Shown one piece after another: positions 16,061-28,939 of a stretch of DNA of 64,000 nucleotides. This stretch comes from Sideroxyarcus sp. Its GTDB lineage: Bacteria; Pseudomonadota; Gammaproteobacteria; Burkholderiales; Gallionellaceae. The notes under the pieces are model-generated. The model saw only the letters and a list, made by a program, of their open reading frames with translations, searched no databases and was not told the origin of the DNA. Within the stretch, counting starts at the first letter, position 1, and each line of letters opens with the position of its first letter. The translations under genes and the position numbers were made by a program. The stretch lies in NCBI GenBank assembly GCA_030651895.1, contig JAUSBR010000012.1, positions 54,812-118,811 on the forward strand, in the 5' to 3' direction.

Positions 16061-16840
16061 TTATGCCGCGACTTGCGCCGTCGAGTTGTTGAGCATTTCG
16101 CCCGCCAGCGCCAGATAGGCCAGCGTCCCCTTGGATTGGCTATCGTGATACAGCGCCGGAATACCGAAGCTGGGCGCCTCGGCCAGACGCACGTTACGCG
16201 GGATGACAGTACGGTAGACCTTGTCGCCGAAGTGCTGCTGTAACTGGTCCGAGACTTGTTGCGCCAACGCATTGCGCGGGTCAAACATGGTGCGCAACAG
16301 ACCTTCGATCTCCAGCTCCGGATTCAGGTTTTCGCGCACTTTGCGGATGGTGTTGACCAGATCGCTCAAACCTTCCAGTGCGTAGTATTCGCATTGCATC
16401 GGGATCATCACTGATTTTGCGGCGCACAAGCCGTTCAGTGTGAGCAGATTCAGCGCTGGCGGGCAATCGATCAGGATGTAGTCATATTCGTTCAGGACCG
16501 GCTCGATCTCTTCTTTCAGACGCATCTCGCGCCCTTCCACATCCACCAGTTCGATCTCGGCACCGGCCAGTTCGCGATTGGCAGGCAACACGTCGTATTT
16601 GCATGATTCCGACCTGATGCGCGCTTCGGCGATGGTTTTCTCGCCCAGCAACACGTCGTAGACGGTCGCCTCCAGATCGGCCTTGTTGATGCCGCTGCCC
16701 ATGGTGGCGTTGCCCTGCGGATCCAGATCGATCAGCAGCACGCGCTGTTTCGCTGCCCCCAGGCTGGCTGCAAGGTTGACGGTGGTCGTGGTCTTGCCCA
16801 CGCCGCCCTTTTGATTGGTGATCGCCAATATCTTGCTCAT
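16061..16840 (-). CDS. parA: Chromosome partitioning ATPase ParA/Soj
   Basis: [29 protein letters not shown]; between rsmG and parB. Confidence 0.97.
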   Translation of the reverse strand: MSKILAITNQKGGVGKTTTTVNLAASLGAAKQRVLLIDLDPQGNATMGSGINKADLEATVYDVLLGEKTIAEARIRSESCKYDVLPANRELAGAEIELVDVEGREMRLKEEIEPVLNEYDYILIDCPPALNLLTLNGLCAAKSVMIPMQCEYYALEGLSDLVNTIRKVRENLNPELEIEGLLRTMFDPRNALAQQVSDQLQQHFGDKVYRTVIPRNVRLAEAPSFGIPALYHDSQSKGTLAYLALAGEMLNNSTAQVAA

Positions 16841-17460
16841 TTTTTTACCCCCAACACGACCAGACTGCGGGCCGCTTCTAGTTTAGGAACCTGCAATGTG
16901 ATTACCTTCTCTACTTCTATCCCTTCGGGCAGCTTGGCCAGTTCCTGCTCCGGCATCCCCTTCATCGCTGCCCAACGACCTCCGTCCGCCAACAGATGCT
17001 GCGTCAGCGAGACAAAATCCACTACCTCAGCAAACGCGCGCGAGATGATCCCGTCGAACTTCTTTTCCGTTTGCCACTGCTCCACTCTTCCGCAACGGAC
17101 TTCCACGTTGCGCAGCCCCAGTTCGATGGCGGCTTGTTGCACAAAGCCGGTCTTCTTGCTGTTGCTGTCCATCAGGGTGAACGACCATTCCGGTCGCATC
17201 ACTGCCAGCACCAGACCCGGCAGACCGCCGCCGCAACCCACATCCAACCAGCGCTGCGACCACAGATGCGGCAGTACGGCCAGGCTGTCGAGCAAGTGGT
17301 TGCTCACCATTTGCTCCGGCTGACGTATCGCGGTGAGGTTGTACACCCCGTTCCACTTGTGCAGCAGTGCCAGGTATTCCAGCAGTTTCGCCTGCTGCTC
17401 CGGCGTGACCGCGATGCCCATCTGCGCGATGCCTGCCGCCAATTCCTTTTCCAGACTCAT
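16837..17460 (-). CDS. rsmG: 16S rRNA m7G527 methyltransferase
   Basis: [32 protein letters not shown]. Confidence 0.96.
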   Translation of the reverse strand: MSLEKELAAGIAQMGIAVTPEQQAKLLEYLALLHKWNGVYNLTAIRQPEQMVSNHLLDSLAVLPHLWSQRWLDVGCGGGLPGLVLAVMRPEWSFTLMDSNSKKTGFVQQAAIELGLRNVEVRCGRVEQWQTEKKFDGIISRAFAEVVDFVSLTQHLLADGGRWAAMKGMPEQELAKLPEGIEVEKVITLQVPKLEAARSLVVLGVKK

Positions 17461-19343
17461 GCCGCTTCGTCTTGTTTAAAGCCCCGCTTCAGATGCACGA
17501 GCAACAGGGAGATCGCCGCCGGGGTCACGCCGGAGATGCGCGCAGCCTGACCCAGCGTCTCGGGTTTGTGCTGGTTCAGTTTCTGCCGGACTTCGATCGA
17601 CAGTCCACGCACGACCGAGTAATCCAAGTCGAGCGGCAACTCCGTCGTCTCATATCCTTCCTGGCGCGCGATCTCGTCGCGCTGGCGTTCGATGTAGCCG
17701 TGATATTTGGCCTGGATCTCGACCTGCTCGGCGACACTTGCAGCCTCCGCATTTTGCACGCCTGGCAAAGTCATCAGCGATTCATAGGTCACTTCAGGTC
17801 GGCGCAACAAGTCATACAGGGAATATTCGCGCTCGATCTCCTTGCCCAGCACGCGCTCAGCGTCGGCCTTGTCCAGCATGCGCGGATTGACCCAGGTCGA
17901 TTTCAGGCGCTCCAGTTCGCGCGCGATCTTTTCGCGCTTCTCTTCGAATGCCTGCCAGCGCACATCATCGACCAGACCCAGCTTGCGACCGGTCTCGGTC
18001 AGGCGCGTGTCGGCGTTGTCTTCGCGCAACTGCAATCGATATTCCGCGCGGCTGGTGAACATGCGGTAGGGCTCGGAGACACCGCGCGTGATCAGGTCGT
18101 CGACCAGCACGCCCAGATAGGCTTCGTCGCGTCGCGGGCACCAGGTATCTTTTTCCTGCGCTTGCAGCGCGGCATTCACGCCGGCAAGCAATCCCTGCGC
18201 GGCCGCTTCTTCGTAGCCGGTGGTGCCGTTGATCTGTCCGGCCAGAAACAATCCGGATATCGTTTTGCTTTCCAGCGACATCTTCAAACCGCGCGGATCG
18301 AAGTAATCGTATTCGATGGCATAACCGGGGCGCGTGATGTGCGCGTTCTCCATTCCCTTGATCGAGCGCACCAACGCCAACTGGGTATCGTAGGAAAGAC
18401 TGGTCGAGATGCCGTTCGGGTAGATCTCGTGTGTGCTCAGCCCTTCCGGCTCAAGGAAGATCTGATGCGAATCCTTGCCCGCGAAGCGCGTGATCTTGTC
18501 TTCAATGGAGGGGCAGTAGCGAGGGCCTACTCCTTCTATGACGCCCGTAAACAAAGGAGATTCGCCCAAACCGTTGCGGATGATCTCGTGCGTGCGCGCA
18601 TTGGTCTGGGTGACCCAGCAAGGCAATTGGCGCGGGTGCTGTTCCGCACGACCCAGGAAAGAGAACACCGGCACCGGCGTATCGCCGTGCTGTTCCTGCA
18701 TCACGGAATAGTCGATCGTGCGGCCGTCGATACGCGGCGGAGTCCCGGTCTTCAGGCGTCCGGTCGGCATGCCCAGTTCACGCAGATCCTTTGCCAGCCC
18801 GATAGAAGGGGGATCGCCCGCGCGCCCGGCCGGATAGTTGGTCAGGCCGACATGCACCAGTCCGGCCAGGAAAGTCCCGGTCGTGAGCACCACGGTCTTC
18901 GCGTGATAGCTCAGACCAAGCTGAGTCTGCACACCGATTACACGTCCTTGTTTAAGAATGAGTTTTTCTACAGGTTGCTGAAACAGCCACAGATTTTGCT
19001 GGTTCTCGAGGCGATTGCGGATTGCCTGTTTATAGAGAGCACGGTCTGCCTGGGCGCGAGTCGCGCGCACTGCCGGACCTTTGGAGGCATTCAGGATGCG
19101 GAACTGGATACCACCCTCGTCCGTCGCGGCTGCCATGGCACCGCCCAGCGCGTCTACCTCTTTGACTAAATGGCCTTTCCCGATGCCGCCGATGGAGGGG
19201 TTGCAGGACATTACGCCCAGCGTTTCGATGTTGTGGGTGAGCAGCAGCGTCGCGCAACCCGCGCGAGCACTGGCCAGCGCAGCTTCCGTCCCGGCATGGC
19301 CGCCACCGATCACAATGACATCGAATTGTTTCGGGTCGCGCAT
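17457..19343 (-). CDS. mnmG: tRNA modification enzyme MnmG (GidA)
   Basis: [46 protein letters not shown]. Confidence 0.98.
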   Translation of the reverse strand: MRDPKQFDVIVIGGGHAGTEAALASARAGCATLLLTHNIETLGVMSCNPSIGGIGKGHLVKEVDALGGAMAAATDEGGIQFRILNASKGPAVRATRAQADRALYKQAIRNRLENQQNLWLFQQPVEKLILKQGRVIGVQTQLGLSYHAKTVVLTTGTFLAGLVHVGLTNYPAGRAGDPPSIGLAKDLRELGMPTGRLKTGTPPRIDGRTIDYSVMQEQHGDTPVPVFSFLGRAEQHPRQLPCWVTQTNARTHEIIRNGLGESPLFTGVIEGVGPRYCPSIEDKITRFAGKDSHQIFLEPEGLSTHEIYPNGISTSLSYDTQLALVRSIKGMENAHITRPGYAIEYDYFDPRGLKMSLESKTISGLFLAGQINGTTGYEEAAAQGLLAGVNAALQAQEKDTWCPRRDEAYLGVLVDDLITRGVSEPYRMFTSRAEYRLQLREDNADTRLTETGRKLGLVDDVRWQAFEEKREKIARELERLKSTWVNPRMLDKADAERVLGKEIEREYSLYDLLRRPEVTYESLMTLPGVQNAEAASVAEQVEIQAKYHGYIERQRDEIARQEGYETTELPLDLDYSVVRGLSIEVRQKLNQHKPETLGQAARISGVTPAAISLLLVHLKRGFKQDEAA

Positions 19344-19416
19344 TCTTCACCACCAAAATTAGGACGCGCATCATACCCCAAAAGATAAATCCGACGAAAA
19401 CTAAAGCACGTCAAAA

Positions 19417-19432
19417 TGTTTCACGTGAAACA
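19417..19432. promoter_or_regulatory. parS centromere site
   Basis: Perfect palindrome TGTTTCACGTGAAACA, the widespread parS consensus. Confidence 0.93.
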
Positions 19433-19440
19433 CTTTTTCG

Positions 19441-20784
19441 CTATTTTCCGATGCAAAAGCGGCTGAATATCTCGCCTAACAGGTCGTCCGCAGTAAATTC
19501 GCCTGTGATGCTGCTGAGTGCCTCCTGTGCTTGGCGCAACTCCTCGGCAAAAAGCTCTGGGCGATCAAGTTGTTGTTCGGCTGCCTCCAAGTGCCCGGAG
19601 GCGCTTGCAAGTGCTTCAAGATGACGTGCCCGCGCCATGAAGACGCCGGTCTCCTGATGCCAGCCGATGATCTCCAACAGCTTCTCTTCCAGCACCGCCA
19701 TGCCCACCCCAGTCTTGGCCGACAGGTAGATATGCGCTTTCTCTTCGCGCACTTCCACGCCGGGTGGATGCCCGCTCAGGTCGATCTTGTTGTGCAGGTA
19801 CAAGCGTGGCGTCCTGGCCGGCAGTTGCGCCAGCACGGCTTGGTCTTCCGGTTCGGCACGCTGTTGCGACTCGTCCAGCAACACCAGCACCACATCGGCC
19901 CGTGTCAGCGCCTGCAGGGTGCGGTTTATGCCCATTTGTTCGACCACATCGGTCGTTTCGCGCAACCCGGCGGTGTCGATCAGGTGCAAAGGCACGCCGC
20001 GAACCTGCATGGATTGGCGTATCGAGTCGCGGGTCGTGCCGGGAATCTCACTCACCAGCGCGATCTCTTCGCCCGCAAAGCGGTTGAGCAAGCTGGACTT
20101 GCCGGCGTTGGGTGCGCCCACCAGCACCACCTGCGCCCCCTCGCGCAGGATGCTGCCTTGTTTCGCCAACCCTTCGATACGTGCCAGCTCCGTCCTCAAC
20201 AAGGCAAGTTTGCTGCTGCAAAGCTCGCGATCACTCGTTTCGATCTCTTCCTCGGGAAAATCCAGCGTCGCCTCAACCAGCATGCGCAGATCGATAAGTA
20301 GGGAGACTGCGCCATGGATAGCGGCCGAGAACTCGCCTTGCAAGGAGCGCATGGCGCTACGGGCCGCCTGTTCTGTGGTGGCATCGATTAGATCGGCCAC
20401 GCTTTCAGCTTGGGCGAGATCCATCTTGTCGTTGAGGAAAGCGCGCTGCGTGAATTCGCCGGGCTGCGCCAACCTTGCGCCCAGTTCAAGTGAGCGATGC
20501 AGAACTGATTGCAGCACGGCTGGACCGCCGTGGCCCTGCAGCTCCAGTACTTCTTCACCAGTATAGGAATGGGGAGCGGGAAAGAACAGGGCAATACCCT
20601 GATCAAGCGTGCTGCCGTCGGCAGCCAGAAAATGGGTGTAAGTCGCAGATCTGGGGGTAAGTTGGCGTCCGGTCAGTGTGGCGGCCATTGCGGCCAAACC
20701 GTGTCCGGATACCCGCACCACGCCGATGCCACCGCGCCCTGGGGCGGTGGCGATCGCCGCGATGTTGTCAGGCTTTGGCGCCAC
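19441..20784 (-). CDS. mnmE: tRNA modification GTPase MnmE
   Basis: [23 protein letters not shown]-terminal FCIGK. Confidence 0.98.
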   Translation of the reverse strand: MAPKPDNIAAIATAPGRGGIGVVRVSGHGLAAMAATLTGRQLTPRSATYTHFLAADGSTLDQGIALFFPAPHSYTGEEVLELQGHGGPAVLQSVLHRSLELGARLAQPGEFTQRAFLNDKMDLAQAESVADLIDATTEQAARSAMRSLQGEFSAAIHGAVSLLIDLRMLVEATLDFPEEEIETSDRELCSSKLALLRTELARIEGLAKQGSILREGAQVVLVGAPNAGKSSLLNRFAGEEIALVSEIPGTTRDSIRQSMQVRGVPLHLIDTAGLRETTDVVEQMGINRTLQALTRADVVLVLLDESQQRAEPEDQAVLAQLPARTPRLYLHNKIDLSGHPPGVEVREEKAHIYLSAKTGVGMAVLEEKLLEIIGWHQETGVFMARARHLEALASASGHLEAAEQQLDRPELFAEELRQAQEALSSITGEFTADDLLGEIFSRFCIGK

Positions 20785-22402
20785 CTTTGCGTGCGGCTTC
20801 GGTTCCGCTGTTGATATACCACTGCTGGGCGATGGAGAGGATGTTGTTCACGATGGAATACAACACCAGTCCGGCCGGGAAGAAGAAGAACACCACGCTG
20901 AAGGCGATCGGCATGATCTGCATCAGTTTCGCCTGCATGGGATCCGGCGGTACCGGGTTCAGCTTGGTCTGGATCAGCATGCTGACGCCCATGATGATAG
21001 GCAGGACGTAGTACGGGTCGGTCGCCGACAGGTCGGTGATCCAGCCGAAGAACGGTGCATGGCGCAGCTCGACGCTCGACAGGATGGCCCAATACAGCGC
21101 GATGAACACCGGAATCTGGATCAGCACCGGCAGGCAGCCGCCCAGCGGATTGATCTTCTCGGTCTTGTACAGATCCATCATGGCCTTGTTCAGGCGCTCG
21201 CGGTCATCGCCGTATTGCTTCTTGATCTGTTCCAGTTTGGGCGCAACCACGCGCATCTTGGCCATGGAGCGGTAGCTGGCTGCCGACAAGGGGAAGAACG
21301 CCAGCTTGATCAGGATGGTGAGCAGAACGATCGATACACCCCAGTTATGAACCAGGTCGTTGATATGCGACATCAGCCAGAACAAGGGGGTGGCGAAGAT
21401 GGTCAGCCAGCCGTAATCCACAGACAGGCCCAAGCCGGGAGCGATATCGTCCAGTTTGGATTGTGCCGGCCCCATGTAGAGCTGGGTGGAGATGCGTCCG
21501 TTCTGGCCGGGTTCGATGCTGGCAACCGGCAGGATCACGCCGGCCGAGTACAGATCTGTATCCAGTTTCTTGGTGTAGAACTCGCGCGGGCCCTTGCCGG
21601 CAGGCAGCCAGGCAGCCACGAAATAGTGTTGCAGCATGCCGATCCAGCCATTTTCCGGGTTGGCTGGCAGGCTGACTTTGCCCTTTTCGATGCTGGAAAA
21701 GTCAATCTTCTGGAATTTCTCAAGATCGGTATACAGCGCCGGTCCGGTGTAGGTTGGCACGAAAGAGGATTCCCCCGCTGCCGCAACTGTGTCGCGCACA
21801 AACTGGAAATAGGCCGACGGGGTCAGCGCTGTCTTGCTCTTGTTCTCGATCTCGTAGCTTACATCCACCAGATAGCTGCCGCGGTGGAAGGTGTAGACCT
21901 TGGTGACTCGTGCCGGGCCGGAACCGATAGCGGTCAGGCGCACTTCCAGCGTGTCTTTACCTTCTGCCAACTGGAAATCTGTGGCATCGGCGGCGAATTC
22001 AGCATTATGGGTGGGCAGATCCTTACCAAGCAGGCCGGATTGAGCCAAGTAGGTATGCGCATCCTGTTGCAGCAGGGTGATGGGCTTGCTTTGATCTTCT
22101 GCATCGCGATGCTGCAGTAGATCCAAGTGCTGCATGTTGCCGCCTGCGGTGTTGATCTCGACGCGCAGAGTGTCTGTGATGACGGTGATCTTCTGGCCGG
22201 CAGGTACTGCTTTGTTCTCGATCGGAGTTGCGGTCACCGCAGCCTTGCTGGGCTGAACTGTCGCTGTCGGGACGGATGGGTCTTGCTTGGTCTCGGCGGC
22301 TACCGGCGGTGCGGGCGGAAGGTTATGGCGCTCCCATTCGGTCCACAGAACAACCAAAGAGAATGAAAAGATCAGAACTAGAAACAGCCGTTGAAAGCCC
22401 AT
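20768..22402 (-). CDS. yidC: Membrane protein insertase YidC
   Basis: [29 protein letters not shown]. Confidence 0.97.
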   Translation of the reverse strand: MGFQRLFLVLIFSFSLVVLWTEWERHNLPPAPPVAAETKQDPSVPTATVQPSKAAVTATPIENKAVPAGQKITVITDTLRVEINTAGGNMQHLDLLQHRDAEDQSKPITLLQQDAHTYLAQSGLLGKDLPTHNAEFAADATDFQLAEGKDTLEVRLTAIGSGPARVTKVYTFHRGSYLVDVSYEIENKSKTALTPSAYFQFVRDTVAAAGESSFVPTYTGPALYTDLEKFQKIDFSSIEKGKVSLPANPENGWIGMLQHYFVAAWLPAGKGPREFYTKKLDTDLYSAGVILPVASIEPGQNGRISTQLYMGPAQSKLDDIAPGLGLSVDYGWLTIFATPLFWLMSHINDLVHNWGVSIVLLTILIKLAFFPLSAASYRSMAKMRVVAPKLEQIKKQYGDDRERLNKAMMDLYKTEKINPLGGCLPVLIQIPVFIALYWAILSSVELRHAPFFGWITDLSATDPYYVLPIIMGVSMLIQTKLNPVPPDPMQAKLMQIMPIAFSVVFFFFPAGLVLYSIVNNILSIAQQWYINSGTEAARKGGAKA

Positions 22403-22426
22403 TGCAAAATCACCTGTTTTTCTTAA

Positions 22427-22636
22427 TCAAGGGACGGGATCGTATCCGCCCGGATGCCAAGGGTTGCAACGTGCAACCCGCCTGATGGTAAGCCAAAAAC
22501 CTTTCAGCGCGCCATATTTGGTGATCGCTTCAATGGAGTACTGGGAGCAGGAGGGGTGAAAGCGGCAGGTCGGGGGCAGCAGCGGACGGATCAGCCACTG
22601 ATATCCCTTGACCAGCAATAATAGCAATTGCTTCAT
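22427..22636 (-). CDS. yidD: Membrane protein insertion efficiency factor
   Basis: [24 protein letters not shown]. Confidence 0.95.
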   Translation of the reverse strand: MKQLLLLLVKGYQWLIRPLLPPTCRFHPSCSQYSIEAITKYGALKGFWLTIRRVARCNPWHPGGYDPVP

Positions 22637-22998
22637 TCGTTCACCGCAAGGATTCTTTTGAATGCATCGGTCAATACCTTGCCAGCTTCCAGCCGCTCTG
22701 TCTTGCCAGGTTGTTTGCGCAATCTGACCACGATATCGCGACTCAAACCATGCCGTGAAATAGCCCGAAACTGCTCTCGAATCAATCTCTTGATACGATT
22801 TCGACCAACTGCGGTCGGAACCACGCGTTTGCTAACGGTGACACCCAGACGAGCGTGTCCTGCTTTACCGTCTTCCCAGTGGATCGCGAACCAGCTCGTG
22901 GTTTGCGCCCTTGTCTTGAGTATCTGCGAGAATCCTTCCCGGCGACTTATGCGATAACGCCGGGGAAAAGTCTTTTCTTTTAACTGCTTACACGCCAA
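22633..22998 (-). CDS. rnpA: Ribonuclease P protein component (start uncertain)
   Basis: [22 protein letters not shown]; between rpmH and yidD. Confidence 0.92.
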   Translation of the reverse strand: MACKQLKEKTFPRRYRISRREGFSQILKTRAQTTSWFAIHWEDGKAGHARLGVTVSKRVVPTAVGRNRIKRLIREQFRAISRHGLSRDIVVRLRKQPGKTERLEAGKVLTDAFKRILAVNE

Positions 22999-23122
22999 GA
23001 CGAACGCGGCCGCGTGCGCGACGGGCTGCGATGACGGCGCGACCGCCCTTGGTCTTCATACGAACCAGAAAACCATGGGTGCGTTTTCTTTTGGTTACCG
23101 ACGGTTGAAATGTGCGTTTCAT
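22988..23122 (-). CDS. rpmH: 50S ribosomal protein L34 (not in ORF track; translated by hand)
   Basis: [44 protein letters not shown]; GGAG SD. Confidence 0.97.
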   Translation of the reverse strand: MKRTFQPSVTKRKRTHGFLVRMKTKGGRAVIAARRARGRVRLGV

Positions 23123-23161
23123 GCTTGCTCCTGACTGTATTTAACTATTGAAAAGCGCGCG

Positions 23162-23190
23162 ATTACAATCGTTAGCGCGATTTCTGTCAA
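23162..23190 (-). promoter_or_regulatory. Sigma70 promoter for rpmH operon
   Basis: Minus strand TTGACA-17 bp-TGTAAT. Confidence 0.65.
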
Positions 23191-23202
23191 GTCTTTTTAT
23201 GC

Positions 23203-23211
23203 TGTGGATAA
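23203..23211 (-). promoter_or_regulatory. DnaA box overlapping the probable dnaA -35 element
   Basis: TGTGGATAA (=TTATCCACA); overlaps TGGATA-17 bp-TAGAAT (23205-23233). Confidence 0.8.
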
Positions 23212-23270
23212 CTTTTTGCAGAGCTTGTAGAATGCGCTGCAGTCTTTGCTATAACAATTTCCAATAAGCT

Positions 23271-24620
23271 ATGTCAGCCCTGAGTCTGTCTGGCAGTTGT
23301 CTCCGTTTTTTCGAAGAACAACTTCCTCCACAACAATTCAATTCATGGATCAAACCGTTGATATTCGAAATCGACGGTGACAAGCTTGTTCTGACTGCCC
23401 CCAACAGTTTCACGTTGCGCATCGTCCAGGAACGCTTTTTGCCCGAGATCTCCAAGCGAGCCCTGCCATTCTTCTCTGCACCGCCCCAGATCGAATTGCG
23501 CATAGAGAAACGTTCTGCAAAATCAAATGCTAAGCCTGTTATGGAAGCTGCGGTTGCGAGCAAACCCATTGCTATTGCGCCTGCCAAGCCAGCCAAGAGT
23601 CCTAACAAACTGAATCCGGCACTGGTGTTCGATACTTTCGTCACCGGCAAAGCCAACCAATTGGCGCATGCAGCAGCCATTCAAGTCGCCGAAACGCCCG
23701 GCGTGGCTTACAACCCCTTGTTCATCTATGGTGGCGTAGGCCTGGGCAAGACCCACTTGCTGCAATCAATCGGCAACCTGGTGACAAAGCAGAATCCCCA
23801 AGCCAAGGTCTGCTACATCCACGCGACCAACTATATTTCTGGCGTCGTGCGCGCCTTTCAGACTAAAAACTTCGATGAATTCAAGCAGTTCTACAATTCG
23901 CTGGATCTGCTGCTAATTGACGACATCCAGTTCATCGCGGATAAACCGGGCACGCAACAGGAGTTCTTTTACACCTTGAACTCGCTCATCGACACAAATA
24001 AACAAGTAGTTATCACCTGTGACACCTTCCCCAAAGAAATCTCTGGCATCGAGCCGCGCCTCACCTCGCGCTTCACCTGTGGGTTGACCGTAGCGATCGA
24101 ACCACCCGGCCTGGAGATGCGTGTTGCCATCCTATTGCAGAAAGCCGCCACCAGCGGCTCCCCGATCAGCGAGGATGTTGCTTTCTTCATTGCCAAGCAT
24201 GTGCGCTCCAATATCCGCGAACTGGAAGGCGCGCTTAACCGCATCGAGGCCTACGCCCGTTTCCACAAGCGCCAGATATCGATAGAGCTGGCCAAAGAGG
24301 CGCTCAAGGATCTACTGGCAGCCCAGAACAAACAAGTCTCCATGGAGAACATCCAGAAGACCGTGGCCGACTTCTACCGTATCAAAATCGTCGACCTGCT
24401 CTCCAAGAAGCGTTCCCGCATCATCGCCCGGCCACGCCAGATCGCGATGACCTTGGCGCGTGAGCTGACACAACTCAGCCTTCCGGAGATCGGTAATGCA
24501 TTTGGCGGTCGCGACCACTCCACGGTACTGCATGCATGCAAGACTATCGAATCGTTACGGAACTCCGATTCGGCATTGAATGCAGACTTCAATCTGTTGA
24601 ATCAGACTTTACGAGGATAA
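23271..24620 (+). CDS. dnaA: Chromosomal replication initiator DnaA
   Basis: YNPLFIYGGVGLGKTHL, LLIDDIQF, GGRDHSTVLHA. Confidence 0.99.
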   Translation: MSALSLSGSCLRFFEEQLPPQQFNSWIKPLIFEIDGDKLVLTAPNSFTLRIVQERFLPEISKRALPFFSAPPQIELRIEKRSAKSNAKPVMEAAVASKPIAIAPAKPAKSPNKLNPALVFDTFVTGKANQLAHAAAIQVAETPGVAYNPLFIYGGVGLGKTHLLQSIGNLVTKQNPQAKVCYIHATNYISGVVRAFQTKNFDEFKQFYNSLDLLLIDDIQFIADKPGTQQEFFYTLNSLIDTNKQVVITCDTFPKEISGIEPRLTSRFTCGLTVAIEPPGLEMRVAILLQKAATSGSPISEDVAFFIAKHVRSNIRELEGALNRIEAYARFHKRQISIELAKEALKDLLAAQNKQVSMENIQKTVADFYRIKIVDLLSKKRSRIIARPRQIAMTLARELTQLSLPEIGNAFGGRDHSTVLHACKTIESLRNSDSALNADFNLLNQTLRG

Positions 24621-24824
24621 GCAGGCAATACCTGTGCACAGTTTGTAGATTAAGCGGTGAATCGAGCAAAGGGGAAAAGTTATGCACAAAGAGTACACAT
24701 CGTTAAGCAATGTTTTACTGCCTACTAACTATAGATTAACCAGTTAATAAATAACAAAAATTTGGAATATCCACAGATTAGTTGTCCATTATTAAGATTG
24801 TTAAGTATTTAAAGAAAGAAACAT
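24621..24824. other. Probable replication origin (oriC)
   Basis: AT-rich dnaA-dnaN spacer with DnaA-box-like TTATGCACA (24680-88) and ATATCCACA (24767-75) plus weaker boxes; gene orientation switches nearby; flanked by two parS. Confidence 0.65.
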
Positions 24825-25928
24825 ATGTTTATCAAACAAATCGATAGAAACGAACTTCTGAAACCACTCCAGGCTGTCGTAGGCATCGTCGAGCGTAAAC
24901 AGCCGCTTCCTATCCTTTCAAATGTACTGATCAAAAAGAACAAGGACGGTGCAAGGTTCATCACCACCGATCTGGAGATACAAATCGAAGCGCAACTTAA
25001 TGCAGAGTTGGACGGGACCGAGAGTTCGATCACCATCTCCGCTAAGAAGCTGCAAGAGATATTGCGGGCGATCCCGGACAACAGCAGTGTCTCTCTGGAT
25101 GACCAGGAGAACAAACTGCTGGTCAAAGCGAACAAGAGTCGTTTCAGCCTGCAGACACTGCCAGCGCAAGACTTTCCGATGCTCTCAGAACAACTGGTGG
25201 GAGCAGCCAAGATCCAGATCGAACAAGGCGTATTGCGCCGGCTGTTGAGCTCGGTCCAGTACGCCATGGCACAGCAGGACATCCGTTATTACTTGAACGG
25301 TGTCCTGTTGGTGATCGACGGTACCAGTATCAAACTTATCGCTACCGACGGGCATCGCCTGGCCTTCATTAGTGAAGAACTCAAAGAAAGCCACAAGAAG
25401 CAGGAAGTCATCCTTTCCCGCAAGACGGTCAATGAGCTGCTGAAGTTGTTGGCAGACTCGGAAGACAAGGTACAACTGGAACTGGCCGAGAAGCAGGTCC
25501 GTATCTCCTTTGCCGATGTGGTGCTGACTTCCAAGGTCATCGACGGCAAATTTCCCGACTACAACCGCGTTATTCCGACCCATACCAATCACCTGACCAT
25601 GGATCGCGTGACCATTCTGCAAGCCCTGCAGCGTGCAGCTATTCTGTCTAACGAGAAGTTCCGTGGTGTACGTCTGCTACTGACCGAGAAGAACCTGCGC
25701 ATCATCAGCAGCAACAGCGAGCAGGAAGAAGCCCAGGAAGACATAGAGAACGAGTATTCCGGCGCTTCGCTGGATATCGGTTTTAATGTGAATTATCTGC
25801 TGGACGGCATTAACAACATCAGCACCCAGAATGTCACCCTGTCATTCGGCGACCAGAACAGCAGCTTGCTGATCACCATCCCCGAGAAGACGGACTATAA
25901 ATATGTAGTCATGCCGATGCGCATCTAA
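24825..25928 (+). CDS. dnaN: DNA polymerase III beta clamp
   Basis: LPILSNV, ATDGHRLA, GKFPDY, VVMPMRI. Confidence 0.98.
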   Translation: MFIKQIDRNELLKPLQAVVGIVERKQPLPILSNVLIKKNKDGARFITTDLEIQIEAQLNAELDGTESSITISAKKLQEILRAIPDNSSVSLDDQENKLLVKANKSRFSLQTLPAQDFPMLSEQLVGAAKIQIEQGVLRRLLSSVQYAMAQQDIRYYLNGVLLVIDGTSIKLIATDGHRLAFISEELKESHKKQEVILSRKTVNELLKLLADSEDKVQLELAEKQVRISFADVVLTSKVIDGKFPDYNRVIPTHTNHLTMDRVTILQALQRAAILSNEKFRGVRLLLTEKNLRIISSNSEQEEAQEDIENEYSGASLDIGFNVNYLLDGINNISTQNVTLSFGDQNSSLLITIPEKTDYKYVVMPMRI

Positions 25929-25930
25929 CT

Positions 25931-25946
25931 TGTTCCACGTGAAACA
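25931..25946. promoter_or_regulatory. parS site (common one-mismatch variant)
   Basis: TGTTCCACGTGAAACA between dnaN and gyrB. Confidence 0.88.
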
Positions 25947-25959
25947 GTAACGAAAGTAA

Positions 25960-28398
<2,439 letters not shown>

Positions 28399-28470
28399 GC
28401 TTCGATGATATGCGGCAAATAGACATGCTGTGACACAGGCTAAGGGGAAAAATCTGAAAGGAGAAAATCA

Positions 28471-28728
28471 ATGAAAAAAACTGTTGTTGCGTTGTTAGTC
28501 GCCCTCTTTTCAGGTTGTGCCTCACAAGCTGAGCTGGATGCGAGAAATGTTGAAGACATAAATGTTTCAGGAAAAGATCCAGTCTGCGTGAGGCAATCTC
28601 TCGCGGTGTACTCAGCATGCGTTGCTGAGGCTTCTAAAACAATTGGAGATTCTGGTAGGGTTGTCGCAACTTGGACTGCTTGTAAGTCGGCTTATCGAGT
28701 TTCGATTTCCACATGTACTGCAAAATAA
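28471..28728 (+). CDS. Small AT-rich putative lipoprotein
   Basis: AAGGAG SD; MKK + hydrophobic stretch + FSGC lipobox; four further Cys. Confidence 0.75.
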   Translation: MKKTVVALLVALFSGCASQAELDARNVEDINVSGKDPVCVRQSLAVYSACVAEASKTIGDSGRVVATWTACKSAYRVSISTCTAK

Positions 28729-28739
28729 AACTACAGTTC

Positions 28740-28766
28740 GGTATCGCTTCGCTCCACCAATCCTAC
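28740..28766 (-). repeat. Single GTAG-type REP copy
   Basis: Minus strand GTAGGATTGGTGGAGCGAAGCGATACC, similar to the REP doublet at 62990-63059. Confidence 0.75.
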
Positions 28767-28887
28767 GTCATATTTTTGAGTTTTGCGGCCTGAATGCCAA
28801 TAGCCACGCGGCTTCCCGCATAGGCCGCTCAAAACACGCTACAAACGACTTTCAGGATGCTGGTGGGGGGTGGGGTCCAAGCAGAAT

Positions 28888-28928
28888 AAATCCGTTTCTG
28901 GTGAGCTTGTCTCACCATGAACGGATTT
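28888..28928. repeat. Palindromic element downstream of topA (possible terminator)
   Basis: AAATCCGTT-TC-TGGTGAG-CTTGT-CTCACCA-TG-AACGGATTT; shares CCGTT..TGGTGA with 62316-62369. Confidence 0.6.
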
Positions 28929-28939
28929 GAAGGTCAGAC

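Noticed and set aside
28399-28890. Integron cassette interpretation of the small inserts at 28.5 kb and 63.1-63.6 kb
   Set aside because: No core sites or attC geometry found; they are bordered by REPs instead.
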